Part shown: one piece after another, positions 63,776 through 64,000 of the stretch
How the letters are laid out: each line of letters opens with the position of its first letter
Position numbering within the stretch: the first letter of the stretch is position 1
Origin: an uncultured delta proteobacterium
Lineage (GTDB): Bacteria > Myxococcota_A > Polyangia > Haliangiales > Haliangiaceae
Assembly: GCA_963848295.1 (NCBI GenBank)
Contig: CAWKDB010000010.1
Span: 1,344,001-1,408,000 of the forward strand
DNA length: 64,000 nucleotides
Reading direction: 5' to 3'
Notes under the pieces: model-generated
What the model was told of the DNA's origin: nothing
The model's input: only the letters and a program-made list of their open reading frames with translations
Database searches by the model: none
Translations under genes and position numbers: made by a program

Positions 63776-64000
63776 TCAGCAAACCAGATCCTGATATCGC
63801 TCGTACGCTCGAGCGAGCGAGCCGCGTTCGGCGGCCGGGGCAAACGTCCTCACCGGCGGCGGAGCGAGCGCCGCCGCGGCCTGGAGATCCGCGAGGTGTC
63901 CGATCGCGACCGCGGCGATCATCGCGGCTCCGATCGCGGTCGCATCGGGCCGCGCCGTCCGGCGATGCGGGCGGCCGAGAATGTCGGCGCGGAGCTGCAG
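63776..64000 (-). CDS. FGGY-family carbohydrate kinase, C-terminal fragment (runs off the right edge)
   Basis: Manual translation LQLRADILGRP...ATAIGAAMIAAVAIG...RAYERYQDLVC*. Confidence 0.75.
   Translation of the reverse strand: MQLRADILGRPHRRTARPDATAIGAAMIAAVAIGHLADLQAAAALAPPPVRTFAPAAERGSLARAYERYQDLVC

Overview
This is a very GC-rich (~70% by eye), gene-dense chromosomal window. Its gene families (Hanks kinases, PilZ-REC-DUF4388, Cys-rich lipoproteins, a bacterial alpha-2-macroglobulin) suggest a myxobacterium, possibly Kofleriaceae-like; this is inference. Recognisable blocks: a classical menaquinone operon (polyprenyl synthase-menG-menF-menD-menB-menA-menC-menE, no menH), a type IIA topoisomerase pair (probably parC-parE), a truA/ECF sigma/anti-sigma/lipoprotein operon, a VIT-vWA gene divergent from A2M-pbpC, ada/alkA-ogt, and nfeD with two flotillins. 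The best candidate for an undescribed system is at ~56.2-63.7 kb. It holds three YtkA/FixH-like His/Met proteins, a pentaheme cytochrome, two cytochrome-like lipoproteins with extended CXnCH motifs, an outer-membrane barrel, a redoxin and a RegB/RegA-like pair. A repeated 17-bp RegA-like box sits in its intergenic regions. Other notable signals: two families of short repeats inserted in-frame in coding genes (menC; ada and a YkgJ-like gene), a 25-bp hairpin abutting the menA start, many apparently leaderless promoters, and a permease with no canonical start codon. I saw no tRNA, rRNA, CRISPR or transposase genes. All family assignments come from motif recognition by eye; no database searches were run.
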